Below are positions 8,132 to 17,573 of a stretch of DNA of 64,000 nucleotides, in pieces. The DNA lies in the NCBI GenBank assembly GCA_037441965.1, contig JBBIRD010000003.1, positions 6,741-70,740 on the forward strand, written 5' to 3'. A program made the position numbers and the translations under genes. Numbering within the stretch: position 1 is the stretch's first letter; each line of letters opens with the position of its first letter. The notes under the pieces were generated by a model. That model had not been told where the DNA came from. It ran no database searches and saw nothing but the letters and a program-made list of their open reading frames with translations. The stretch is from Candidatus Moraniibacteriota bacterium. Lineage in GTDB: Bacteria > Patescibacteriota > Minisyncoccia > Moranbacterales > UBA1568.

Positions 8132-10783
8132 ATGTCATTTTTAGAAAAATTGTTTGGTTCGAATGAGCGTGAAGTAAATAAGTTTCGTCCTCTTGTTGAA
8201 GAAATAAATGCTTTTGATAGTGATATGCAAAAGCTTTCTGATGATGCTTTGAAAGCCAAGACGGAAGAGTTTAGAACAAGACTTTCTCAAGGGGAGACAT
8301 TAGATGATCTTTTGCCAGAAGCTTTCGCAGTTGTTCGTGAAGTAGCAGGGAGGATTATTGGTGAGCGTCATTATGATGTTCAGATGCTTGGAGGCATTGC
8401 TCTTCATAAAGGACGAATTGCCGAAATGAAAACAGGTGAAGGAAAAACGCTTACCTCGACACTTCCTATCTATTTGAATGCACTCTCTCAAAAAGGCGTT
8501 CATGTTGTTACAGTGAATGATTATCTTGCGAAGCGTGACTGTAATTGGATGGGACGAGTATATGAAGCCCTTGGACTTTCTACAGCGTGTATTGTTGGTC
8601 AAGGTGTTTCGTATCGTTTTGTATCGACGATAGTTGATGAAAATGAAGTAAGTATAGAGATGGAAAACCTTGTACCGATCACGCGTCGTGAGGCGTATGC
8701 ATCTGATATCACTTATGGCACAAATAATGAATTTGGTTTTGATTATCTTCGTGATAATATGGTTTCTTCTTTGGAAGAAATGACACAGCGAGATCTTAAT
8801 TTTGCAGTAGTTGATGAAGTTGACTCTATTCTTATTGATGAAGCACGAACTCCACTTATTATCTCGGCGCCCGATAGCGAATCGACAAAATTGTATGAGA
8901 AATTTGCTCATATTATACCACTGCTTCATTCTGAGAAGGATTATGTTGTGGATGAAAAAATGAAAGTGGTAACACTTACCGATGAAGGTATGACTCATGT
9001 TGAAAATCTTCTTGGTATGGGCAATATGTATGCTTCAGGAAATGTCGCGTATGTTCATCATCTGGAACAATCTCTCAAGGCTCATATCATTTTCAAACTT
9101 GATCGTGACTATGTTGTGAAGGATGGTGAAGTAATCATTGTTGATGATTTTACTGGACGATTGATGCCAGGACGACGATATAGTGAAGGACTCCATCAAG
9201 CTATCGAAGCCAAAGAAGGTGTGACGGTACAGCGTGAATCTCGTACACTCGCAACGATAACTTTTCAAAATTATTTTCGTCTGTATAAAAAATTATCAGG
9301 AATGACTGGTACGGCCATTACTTCAGCGGAGGAGTTTGCCAAAGTCTATAAGCTTGATGTCATCGAGATTCCTACTAACAAAGTGCTTATACGAAAAGAT
9401 CTGCCTGATATTGTGTATAAAACAGAAGAAGCAAAATATCGTGCTATCGCCAATCGTGTGAAAGAAATCCATTCTCTTGGTCAGCCAGTACTTATCGGTA
9501 CGATTGCTATCGAAAAATCAGAATATCTCAGTACGCTTCTTACTCACGAAGGAGTTGCGCACGAAGTTCTCAATGCGAAGAATAATGAAAGCGAAGCATC
9601 TATTGTAGCTCATGCAGGACAAAAGGGTGCTGTTACGATTGCAACCAATATGGCTGGTCGTGGTACAGATATCAAACTTGGGGAGGGTGCGCGTGAGACA
9701 GGTGGACTTTTCATTATTGGAACAGAGCGTCACGAAGCTCGTCGTATTGATAATCAGCTTCGTGGTCGTGCAGGGCGTCAGGGTGATCCTGGAACATCAC
9801 AGTTTTATGTATCTCTCGAAGATGAACTTATGCGTCGTTTTGGAGGTGAAAAAATGAAGAATATGATGACGACGCTTGGCTTGCCTGAAGATGAGCCAAT
9901 TCAAAATAAACTCATTTCTAAAACTATAGAAAGTGCTCAATCAAAAATCGAAGGATATAACTTCGATATGCGAAAACATGTGCTCGATTATGATGATGTG
10001 ATGAATAAACAACGTGAAGTTGTGTATAGAAAACGCAGAAGTGTTCTTGAAACGCAGGTGTTTCGCGATGAAACATTGAATTTTCTTTCAGAGGAGTTTG
10101 ATCATATCATCAGTTTTCATACTGCCACAGAAGAGGAGTCACAGTGGAATATAGAGGAGATTGTTACAGAAGCAAATGGAATGTTTCCAACTATGAACGA
10201 AAAAGATGCATTCAAAAAATTGGAAAGCGTACGTGATGATCGTTCGAAGAATGAGGCAGAAAAGAAAGGACTTATTCTTGAATATCTTATTGGTGAAGCA
10301 AAGAAAATGTACAGCGAGAAGGAAATAAGTTTCGGAAAAGATTTATGGAACACTATTCAACGATCGATTTACCTTCGTTCACTTGATCAATTGTGGATGA
10401 ATCATCTTGATGAAATAGATTATCTTCGTCAGGGGATAGGACTTCGTGGGTATGGTCAGCGTGATCCACTTATTGAATACAAGCGTGAAGCATACGATTT
10501 ATTTTTGGGTTTGATGGATACAGTGAGGAAAACTTATCTAATGACTATTATGAAGCTCGGACCGATAACTGATCTACAGAATGAATCTCCACGAGAAATA
10601 CATTTTCAAGGCGCGAGTGAAGAGATAGCACAATTTTCTCAGGATCGAAAACTTGAAACAAATCATACTTCTCAACAAACATCAGAAATAAGAAAGCCGA
10701 TAGTGAATGAAGAAACAATTAATCGCAATGATCCTTGTCCTTGTGGTTCAGGAAAAAAGTATAAAAAGTGTCACGGAAAATAG
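8132..10783 (+). CDS. secA: preprotein translocase ATPase SecA
   Basis: DEAD-like motor motifs, SecA wing/scaffold, C-terminal SEC-C zinc motif CPCGSGKKYKKCHG; start taken at ATG 8132 (MSFLEKLFG...) rather than upstream GTG. Confidence 0.95.
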   Translation: MSFLEKLFGSNEREVNKFRPLVEEINAFDSDMQKLSDDALKAKTEEFRTRLSQGETLDDLLPEAFAVVREVAGRIIGERHYDVQMLGGIALHKGRIAEMKTGEGKTLTSTLPIYLNALSQKGVHVVTVNDYLAKRDCNWMGRVYEALGLSTACIVGQGVSYRFVSTIVDENEVSIEMENLVPITRREAYASDITYGTNNEFGFDYLRDNMVSSLEEMTQRDLNFAVVDEVDSILIDEARTPLIISAPDSESTKLYEKFAHIIPLLHSEKDYVVDEKMKVVTLTDEGMTHVENLLGMGNMYASGNVAYVHHLEQSLKAHIIFKLDRDYVVKDGEVIIVDDFTGRLMPGRRYSEGLHQAIEAKEGVTVQRESRTLATITFQNYFRLYKKLSGMTGTAITSAEEFAKVYKLDVIEIPTNKVLIRKDLPDIVYKTEEAKYRAIANRVKEIHSLGQPVLIGTIAIEKSEYLSTLLTHEGVAHEVLNAKNNESEASIVAHAGQKGAVTIATNMAGRGTDIKLGEGARETGGLFIIGTERHEARRIDNQLRGRAGRQGDPGTSQFYVSLEDELMRRFGGEKMKNMMTTLGLPEDEPIQNKLISKTIESAQSKIEGYNFDMRKHVLDYDDVMNKQREVVYRKRRSVLETQVFRDETLNFLSEEFDHIISFHTATEEESQWNIEEIVTEANGMFPTMNEKDAFKKLESVRDDRSKNEAEKKGLILEYLIGEAKKMYSEKEISFGKDLWNTIQRSIYLRSLDQLWMNHLDEIDYLRQGIGLRGYGQRDPLIEYKREAYDLFLGLMDTVRKTYLMTIMKLGPITDLQNESPREIHFQGASEEIAQFSQDRKLETNHTSQQTSEIRKPIVNEETINRNDPCPCGSGKKYKKCHGK

Positions 10784-10991
10784 AAATTTGGTAATAAAAA
10801 ATCCTCGACATTTTATGAAGAGGAAGGGAGAGCGAGGAGGGGAAGTGGGGGGTGGAATAAAAAACGTTGTTTTTATTATAGTGGTATCTGAAGCAGATAC
10901 CGAATGCCCAAATTTTCCCCTCTATCCTCGCATTTTTAGTATAGCATAGATCAAAGTATGATACAATAGATAAATAAAAATATGGATATAT

Positions 10992-11062
10992 GGGCCTGTA
11001 GTTAAGTGGTACAACGCTGCATTCGCATTGCAGAGGCGGGAGTTCGATTCTCCCCAGGTCCA
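10992..11062 (+). tRNA. tRNA-Ala (anticodon CGC)
   Basis: Manual fold: 7-bp acceptor stem with G3:U70 (Ala identity), anticodon stem CTGCA/TGCAG, loop TTCGCAT, T-arm GGGAG-TTCGATT-CTCCC; CCA not encoded. Confidence 0.8.
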
Positions 11063-11240
11063 CTCTTTAGAAAAAAATGTATCACCCTATTCAACTACCA
11101 AAAGGAAGCATTAAATGGATGAAGGAGATAGCGAAGAAGAACGAGGGGTGCGAGCTGACTGACCAAGAGGCTCACGAAGCGGTTTATAACTATCTCAACT
11201 TCTTCAATTGCTTATCTACTTGGATAAGAAACAGTATTCT

Positions 11241-11639
11241 ATGAAAAAGCTTTATCTTGATATTGACGGAGTACTTCTTACCAAGCAGGGCGTTCCTGCT
11301 ATGCATATAGTGGAGTTTCTCAAATTCGCTACAAGCAACTTTGATTGCTATTGGCTTACCACTCATTGCGATGGAGACGCGACAATGGCATTTCTTTACC
11401 TCGTGGGTAAGTTCCCACCCGAAGCCGTCCCATATTTGGAGAAGATAAAAGCTACGAAATGGAAGCTCTGGAAGCCTGAGGGTATAGATTTCTCAAGTGA
11501 TTTCTTTTGGCTTGATGATTACGCTTTTGACGGGGACAAGAAAGTTTTGGAAGAGCATAAGGCACCGGAAAAGCTGATTATCGTAGACCTCAATAATAAT
11601 CCAAATCAGCTACGAGACTTGATCAATATCTTGAAATAA
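11241..11639 (+). CDS. small HAD-superfamily hydrolase-like protein
   Basis: HAD motif I LYLDIDGVLL at N-terminus; coding sequence looks GC-richer than the surrounding genome. Confidence 0.5.
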   Translation: MKKLYLDIDGVLLTKQGVPAMHIVEFLKFATSNFDCYWLTTHCDGDATMAFLYLVGKFPPEAVPYLEKIKATKWKLWKPEGIDFSSDFFWLDDYAFDGDKKVLEEHKAPEKLIIVDLNNNPNQLRDLINILK

Positions 11640-11728
11640 ACAAAGAGAAAAAACCAACTAAGGGAAATCATTTTTTGCCGATTACTACTTGAAGCATTTT
11701 CTTCACGATGACAAATTGGTAGGGTGGT

Positions 11729-12382
11729 TTGAAGGTGGTTGTCAAGCAGAATAACTTATATACCCTATTTCAAGTGAAAAAATTTCTTGAAAAAATAGAG
11801 ATAAATGTTTTGACCGATATTCTGTCTGAATTATTAGTAAAATCAGGAATGACCTCAGAACATATTCGAAAAAAAGAAATAAAAGTCAATGTTGTTTCTG
11901 ATACAATGAGAAAGGCAAACGCATGGCATAATTCAGGATCCTTATATATCAATGCAGCAAAGTTTGATTTTAACAGTGATTATAAGAAGGATTATAAAAG
12001 GATACTATCAGCTTACATTCATGAGTATGTACATGCAATGGCAATGAATAATGGTATAGCTCAGACTACTGGATTTAAATGGGTATCTGAGGATGGAGTA
12101 GAAATGGAAATTCCTATAAATGAAGGGTTTACTGAGTTAATTGCTGATTATGTTTTTGAGGAGTATTTGAAAAGGTCTGGAGGATCATCTTTGGTAGGGC
12201 AGAAAGATTACAAGAGGACTATTAAGGGTTATCTGCAGGAACGCTCAGATGCATTTGCATTTGTATCACAAGTATCACAACAGACAGGGATACCAGAAGA
12301 TGTCGTGATGAAGAGTTTTATAAGAGCATATTTTTCTCAAGATATTGATTCCCTTGAAGATATACGAAAATCATTTTCTTAA
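11729..12382 (+). CDS. hypothetical protein with HExxH zinc-metallopeptidase-like motif
   Basis: HEYVH followed ~25 aa later by NEGFTE (possible third ligand Glu); no confident family assignment. Confidence 0.45.
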   Translation: MKVVVKQNNLYTLFQVKKFLEKIEINVLTDILSELLVKSGMTSEHIRKKEIKVNVVSDTMRKANAWHNSGSLYINAAKFDFNSDYKKDYKRILSAYIHEYVHAMAMNNGIAQTTGFKWVSEDGVEMEIPINEGFTELIADYVFEEYLKRSGGSSLVGQKDYKRTIKGYLQERSDAFAFVSQVSQQTGIPEDVVMKSFIRAYFSQDIDSLEDIRKSFS

Positions 12383-12499
12383 GATTTTACTCTTAATAAG
12401 AGAGAGAGGTGTTTTAGGGAACTTATCTAAAAAGAGAGTAATGTGTATTCGTAGCGCTGTTTTAGTGATAAAATAGAGAAAAATAATTTATACAATGTA

Positions 12500-13000
12500 G
12501 TGAGAAATTATATGGATCAATGGAAATTTGAGAGTAATACAAAAAAATATTTTTTTCTTGCTTGTGCTCTCTTTCTTGTTGGAGGAGTTTTGATGTATGG
12601 TTTTCGTGATTTTGATGTGACACACTTCGCTGATAGTACGGTCGGGTTTTTTCTTGGAGTGTTTCTCTCTCTTCTCTCGTCCTCTCTTCTTTTTACTCCA
12701 TATTATGAAGTAACGACGATTGATTCTCTTTCTCGGAGTATTGTCATACGATCGAAAACACTTTTTGGAGAAAAGGTAAAAAAAATTTCTGCTGATGTTA
12801 TAGAGAGTGCGCGTGTAGCATTTATTGGTAGAGCCTCAAATTTTATTGGAAATACATACTATATATCATTGCATATGCGTGATGGATCTTATACACAACT
12901 TTTCCTTTCTGGATATTATGATGGTCGGACGAGTGAAAATGTCTTGAAAGAGCGTCTGATGTATTTAGAAAAGGCACTTGGGATAATGTGTGAAAAATAG
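12500..13000 (+). CDS. hypothetical membrane protein (2 TM + soluble domain)
   Basis: ORF with two N-terminal hydrophobic helices; no recognisable motifs. Confidence 0.4.
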   Translation: MRNYMDQWKFESNTKKYFFLACALFLVGGVLMYGFRDFDVTHFADSTVGFFLGVFLSLLSSSLLFTPYYEVTTIDSLSRSIVIRSKTLFGEKVKKISADVIESARVAFIGRASNFIGNTYYISLHMRDGSYTQLFLSGYYDGRTSENVLKERLMYLEKALGIMCEK

Positions 13001-13097
13001 TAATTGTTACTTTTTTGTGGACAGAAAGGTTTTTTTCTGATAGGGTTTTTTATAGTACTTTCTTATTTTTCTTATTCAGATTGAAGGAGGAAAACAA

Positions 13098-13472
13098 ATG
13101 AAATCTGTTGTTCACGAGTATCATACAAATATGATACATATTCTTCGTACCTCAAGTGACTACGAAGTTATTTTGTCTCAATATATATCTTTTCTTTTAG
13201 AGAAGATACACACTATTGAAAATATGCGTCATGAAATGATACAAGAGATTGATGAGGGGTATATCGAGCTCCTTGAGAAAAGTATCCTTTCTTCTTTTCC
13301 TCTTGTTGATATATCACTTGATAGTCGATTTAAGAAAATGCGTCGTGATATGTATCAAGAGTTCGAATCAGCGATTGCAAAAGTAGAGTTTGAAATACAT
13401 CAAGCAATGCACATCGTCGAAACTCGTCGAAGTCTTATTTCTCACTCGATGAGCAATCAATCTGAAAAATAA
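13098..13472 (+). CDS. hypothetical protein (124 aa, helical/charged)
   Basis: ORF preceded by GGAGG-like RBS (aggaggaaaacaaATG); no recognisable family. Confidence 0.45.
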   Translation: MKSVVHEYHTNMIHILRTSSDYEVILSQYISFLLEKIHTIENMRHEMIQEIDEGYIELLEKSILSSFPLVDISLDSRFKKMRRDMYQEFESAIAKVEFEIHQAMHIVETRRSLISHSMSNQSEK

Positions 13473-13545
13473 GAACGATGAAAAGTATGAAAAGGTTTGG
13501 TGAAAACGCCCGACCTTTTTTCTTAAAAAAATTGGATAATAATCT

Positions 13546-14598
13546 ATGGATTTGAGTGATGGGGAAAAATACAATTATTTTCTTCCTGATTCGCTTATAC
13601 GGAAAATAGGAATAGAGCCGAGAGATACTGCACGGTTGTTTGTTTATGATACAAAAAGAGACACAATAACTTTCGATATTTTTCGTAACATTGCAAAATA
13701 TCTTCCGTCTCAATCATTGATGATATTGAATAACACCAAGGTAGTACCAGCAAGATTATGGCTCACAAAAGAAACGGGTGGAAAAATAGAAGTTTTTGTT
13801 CTTGCAAATGAAATAGAAGATATGGATTGTATCCCTGTACTTGTCGATCGTAAAACGATGAAAGGACAAAAACTTTTTTTCCCGAGCGGAGATTTCTTTG
13901 AAGTAGTAGATCAAAATGAAAATATCTTTTTTGTCAGAATCCATAGTTTAAAAAATCAATCACTTCATACGCTTCTTATGACATACGGTCACACGCCTCT
14001 CCCACATTATTTGGAAGGAGTGCATACAGAAGAAGATGATTTGCGTAAACGATATCAGACAATATTCGCCAAAGCAGGATTGTCAGTTGCTGCTCCGACT
14101 GCATCGCTCCATTTTACCGATGTTGTTTTCTCTTCTCTCGCCAAAAAGAACATTGAAACTGATTTTATTACACTTGATGTCGGACTCGGGACATTTGCCT
14201 CTTTGACATCTGATAATTTCCGTACTAAAAAACTACATACAGAGTTTATTGCTATGATGCCAAATACGAGAAATCATATCAATGCTAAAAAACAAGCAGG
14301 AAAACCAATTATTGCTGTAGGGACGACTGCACTTCGTACCATCGAATCACTTGCAGAAAATCATCATATAACACTTGAGAAAGACCGCACGAATATTTTT
14401 ATTTATCCTCCGTATGAGTTTCAAATAGTAGATAGTCTGATTACTAATTTTCATCTTCCGAAAACTTCACTCATGTTTCTCGTTGATGCTTTTTTGCAGA
14501 ATAAACGAGCGAAGAGAGATATTATGGAACTATATGATATTGCTATCAAGAATCAATTTTCTTTTTATTCGTTTGGTGATAGTATGCTCATTTTGTAG
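13546..14598 (+). CDS. queA: S-adenosylmethionine:tRNA ribosyltransferase-isomerase
   Basis: N-terminal YxLP..LIRK..IEPRD..RLFV and NNTKVVPARL..TGGKIEVF pattern characteristic of QueA. Confidence 0.8.
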   Translation: MDLSDGEKYNYFLPDSLIRKIGIEPRDTARLFVYDTKRDTITFDIFRNIAKYLPSQSLMILNNTKVVPARLWLTKETGGKIEVFVLANEIEDMDCIPVLVDRKTMKGQKLFFPSGDFFEVVDQNENIFFVRIHSLKNQSLHTLLMTYGHTPLPHYLEGVHTEEDDLRKRYQTIFAKAGLSVAAPTASLHFTDVVFSSLAKKNIETDFITLDVGLGTFASLTSDNFRTKKLHTEFIAMMPNTRNHINAKKQAGKPIIAVGTTALRTIESLAENHHITLEKDRTNIFIYPPYEFQIVDSLITNFHLPKTSLMFLVDAFLQNKRAKRDIMELYDIAIKNQFSFYSFGDSMLIL

Positions 14599-14681
14599 TA
14601 CATTCTCTTTGACATTTTTTCTTGTACAGCATAAACTTGATAAGTGTTTTTTGAAGAATAAAAAGTAAATAATAGAAAAAT

Positions 14682-16775
14682 ATGGCGATGGAAATTATTT
14701 TAGCTTTTTTTGTTTTGATGCTTATTTCGATAGGAACATATTTTGCTTCAGAAAAATTGCGTATCCCGTATACATTAGCATTGGTGTTGATAGGTACTTT
14801 CCTTATACCGATATCTGAGTTTTCTTTTTTTCAATTCCTTCGGAGTTTTGAACTTACGCCAGAACTTCTCTTTTTTGTATTTCTTCCTGTTTTGATATTC
14901 GAGTCTGCTTATAATATGAAGTTTCGTGAGCTTGCGGAGAACGTCTATTCTATCTCTCTATTTTCAATTTTAAGCCTACTTCTCTCTGCTTTATTCATTG
15001 CTTTTGTTCTCTTTTTTATTCTTCAATGGATTGGGTTTCCTGTACCATTTTTTGCAACACTTATTTTTGGCGCACTGATCTCTGCGACTGATCCGGTTGC
15101 TGTCCTTGCTCTGTTCAAAGAGTTCGGTGTTCCGAAAAGACTTTCTCTTCTTTTTGAAGGGGAAAGTCTTTTTAATGATGGTACTTCACTGGCGTTATTT
15201 CTTATTGTCGTCGATATTGCTACCAAGGGTTTTTCTGGTATGACATCTTTACTTCAGGGTGTATTTATGTTTTCGACGATGGTGATTGGTGGTATTTTAC
15301 TTGGTCTGATAATGGGGTTTGTTTTTTCTAAACTTATTGAAAAAGTACACGATAACGAACATATAGAAATAACACTGACGATGATTGTTGCTCACCTTAC
15401 TTTTATCTTTTCTGAAGTCCTCTCACACCATCTCGTAATTTTTGGACAACATATTTATCTTTCATCTATTATTGCTACGGTTATGGCATCAATGGTTATT
15501 GGAAATTACGGACGATCAAAAATATCACCACGCGTCGAGGAATATATGGAGAAGTTTTGGGGATACTTTGCGTTTGTTGCCAATTCATTGGTATTTATTT
15601 TGATGGGACTTTTATTTGCGGGTTTGCCAGTGCATTTTGATCAATTTATTTGGCCTATTATAGCAACGGTTGCAGTTGTCGTTCTTGGTCGTATTATCTC
15701 TATTTATCCTGTCGCATTTTTTATTAATCACTTTACGAAAGAAGACTTTATTCCTTTGACTTGGCAACATTTGCTCTCATGGGGCAGTTTGCGTGGTGCA
15801 TTAGCGGTTACTATGGTTCTTTTACTTCCTAACGACCTTACATTAGATGGATGGAATTATTCTTTTACAGCGAAAGAGTTTATTACAGCACTGACAATTG
15901 GATGTGTTTATTTTACATTGCTTTTTAAAGCTACAACTATTGGAAGTATGATCAAGAAGATGAAGATTGATCAACTTACGGAACTTGAAAACATAGAATA
16001 TCACGAAAGTCGCGCTCTTATTTATTTTCAAACAATGGAAAAATTGGAAGAGTATCATAAGAAAGGTTTTACCGATCCAGTAGTATACAAAAAGTTATAT
16101 GAAGAATATAAGATAGCTTATGAAACTTCTCTGCGTATTCTTCATAATTCTTTTCAGAGTGATTCTCATTCTCCAGAAGAAGCGTTACGAATGTATGCTC
16201 TTGGTGTCGAAAAAAGAGTCTTGCATAAACTTTTTATGTATCGAGAAATATCAGAATTGGTTTATAAAAAGGTTGCCAACAAAATAGAGATTCAAATGGC
16301 GCGTGTAGAAGGAGGGAAGGATCAAATTGTACATATTGAAGAATCGTTTTCTCAAGATTGGTTTGAATGTTTAGTGGCCAAAGCACGCACTTTTCTGAAA
16401 CCGATAAGCGAAGAAAGACAAGCTCTTGATGAGTATCACTATTATCGTGCGCAAAAGATTATTTCTGCGAAAGTACTTCGTCATTTGAGGGCACTTTCTG
16501 GACATTATCGAGGAGTATTCGGTAGTGATGAACTCGTGAATACGGTTATTGATGTTTATCTTTCTTTTGAAAGAGATGCTGATATAAAAATGCAAGAATC
16601 AGCAAAATATATCAGTAAACATTTAGGACGAGAACATGAGAAGGTTGGACGGCGTGGATTTTTTCAAGCAGAAGAGAAATTTTTGCGGAAAATATCAAGA
16701 GAAGAAATGTTGCCTCGTAAAATAGAAACAATGCTTCGTGAAGAGTTTAAGAAAAAAGCATATCGTTCTCAATAG
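14682..16775 (+). CDS. monovalent cation:proton antiporter (CPA1/NhaP-like) with long cytoplasmic C-terminal domain
   Basis: ~12 TM N-terminal half with LFFVFLPVLIFESAY / ATDPVAV motifs typical of Na+/H+ exchangers; ~300 aa hydrophilic tail. Confidence 0.8.
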   Translation: MAMEIILAFFVLMLISIGTYFASEKLRIPYTLALVLIGTFLIPISEFSFFQFLRSFELTPELLFFVFLPVLIFESAYNMKFRELAENVYSISLFSILSLLLSALFIAFVLFFILQWIGFPVPFFATLIFGALISATDPVAVLALFKEFGVPKRLSLLFEGESLFNDGTSLALFLIVVDIATKGFSGMTSLLQGVFMFSTMVIGGILLGLIMGFVFSKLIEKVHDNEHIEITLTMIVAHLTFIFSEVLSHHLVIFGQHIYLSSIIATVMASMVIGNYGRSKISPRVEEYMEKFWGYFAFVANSLVFILMGLLFAGLPVHFDQFIWPIIATVAVVVLGRIISIYPVAFFINHFTKEDFIPLTWQHLLSWGSLRGALAVTMVLLLPNDLTLDGWNYSFTAKEFITALTIGCVYFTLLFKATTIGSMIKKMKIDQLTELENIEYHESRALIYFQTMEKLEEYHKKGFTDPVVYKKLYEEYKIAYETSLRILHNSFQSDSHSPEEALRMYALGVEKRVLHKLFMYREISELVYKKVANKIEIQMARVEGGKDQIVHIEESFSQDWFECLVAKARTFLKPISEERQALDEYHYYRAQKIISAKVLRHLRALSGHYRGVFGSDELVNTVIDVYLSFERDADIKMQESAKYISKHLGREHEKVGRRGFFQAEEKFLRKISREEMLPRKIETMLREEFKKKAYRSQ

Positions 16776-16866
16776 TTTTTTGAGAGAATATTGCAGTCTA
16801 TCATTGATAGCAGATGAATATCTCAAAACTTCTCATAAGATATCATCTTACATAATAAGAGATAGT

Positions 16867-17313
16867 ATGAAAAAAATATTTATCATATATCTGATAGGAG
16901 TATTTATTTTCAATTTCATTTGGGAAATGAGTCAGGTTATATTTTATAAACCTCATTTCAGTGGTACGCTTGATCTGATTTTAGTTCATCTAAGAGCTAC
17001 AGTTGGTGATGCAATTCTTTCTCTTATTATTTATGCACTGATGTCTTTAATTGTAAGAGATACCAGATGGATTTTAAAGAGTACGGTATGGTCATTCATT
17101 CTAATCTCGTTCTTTGGTTTTATCTTTGCTGTTGCTATTGAGAAATATGCTCTTTTGACTGGGAGATGGGAGTATAGCGAGTTGATGTTTATTGTCCCGA
17201 TTATTAAAGTTGGTTTGTCGCCTGTTTTGCAATTAACAATTTTAACCCCATTGGTTACATTTATTACAAGGAAAATTATTCTTGAACACTCTATAGAAAA
17301 GAAGAAAAAATAA
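16867..17313 (+). CDS. hypothetical integral membrane protein
   Basis: 4-5 predicted TM helices; start placed at MKKIFIIY to avoid overlap with antiporter. Confidence 0.4.
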   Translation: MKKIFIIYLIGVFIFNFIWEMSQVIFYKPHFSGTLDLILVHLRATVGDAILSLIIYALMSLIVRDTRWILKSTVWSFILISFFGFIFAVAIEKYALLTGRWEYSELMFIVPIIKVGLSPVLQLTILTPLVTFITRKIILEHSIEKKKK

Positions 17314-17489
17314 ATTGTGAAAATAAATAAAAAATTTGTAAGAGTTTTATTTTTATTTTCGATGATTACAAGTAATTCCTTTTAAGTATATTTTCACTCA
17401 ATGAGTAGAAAAGTAAAAAAAGATACAATAATATACTAAAAAAGACTGAAGGATATCTTTTTAACTTGTTGTATGAGTACTTATATTGA

Positions 17490-17564
17490 TGGCTGGGGAG
17501 GTAGGGATCGAACCTACGAATGGAGGCTTCAAAGGCCCCTGCCTTACCACTTGGCTACTCCCCA
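17490..17564 (-). tRNA. tRNA-Gln (anticodon UUG), CCA encoded
   Basis: Manual fold of reverse complement: U1:A72 and G73 (Gln identity features), anticodon loop CUUUGAA, T-arm GTAGG-TTCGATC-CCTAC, 3' CCA. Confidence 0.8.
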
Positions 17565-17573
17565 ATATGACTT

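Noticed and set aside
8300-8998. 232-aa - strand ORF, and several other 60-200 aa antisense ORFs (e.g. 666..1022, 3544..3873, 7229..7717, 19982..20587, 34974..35582, 44340..44876, 57606..57938)
   Set aside because: They lie entirely inside or opposite well-supported genes (secA, ftsW/murG, murB, exonuclease, lepA, dehydrogenase, rpmA). Their amino-acid composition is low-complexity and typical of AT-rich antisense frames. No motifs were seen.
10719-11063. 114-aa - strand ORF overlapping tRNA-Ala
   Set aside because: It overlaps the tRNA gene and the secA terminus. It is most likely spurious.
11063-13500. Integrase, recombinase or transposase associated with the tRNA-adjacent islet
   Set aside because: No ORF in or around the islet shows tyrosine or serine recombinase or DDE transposase motifs. 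The islet is therefore reported only as a compositional and content anomaly.
14483-14668. 61-aa ORF at the queA 3' end
   Set aside because: It overlaps the end of queA in another frame and runs into the antiporter promoter region. There is no RBS and the composition is hydrophobic and low-complexity.
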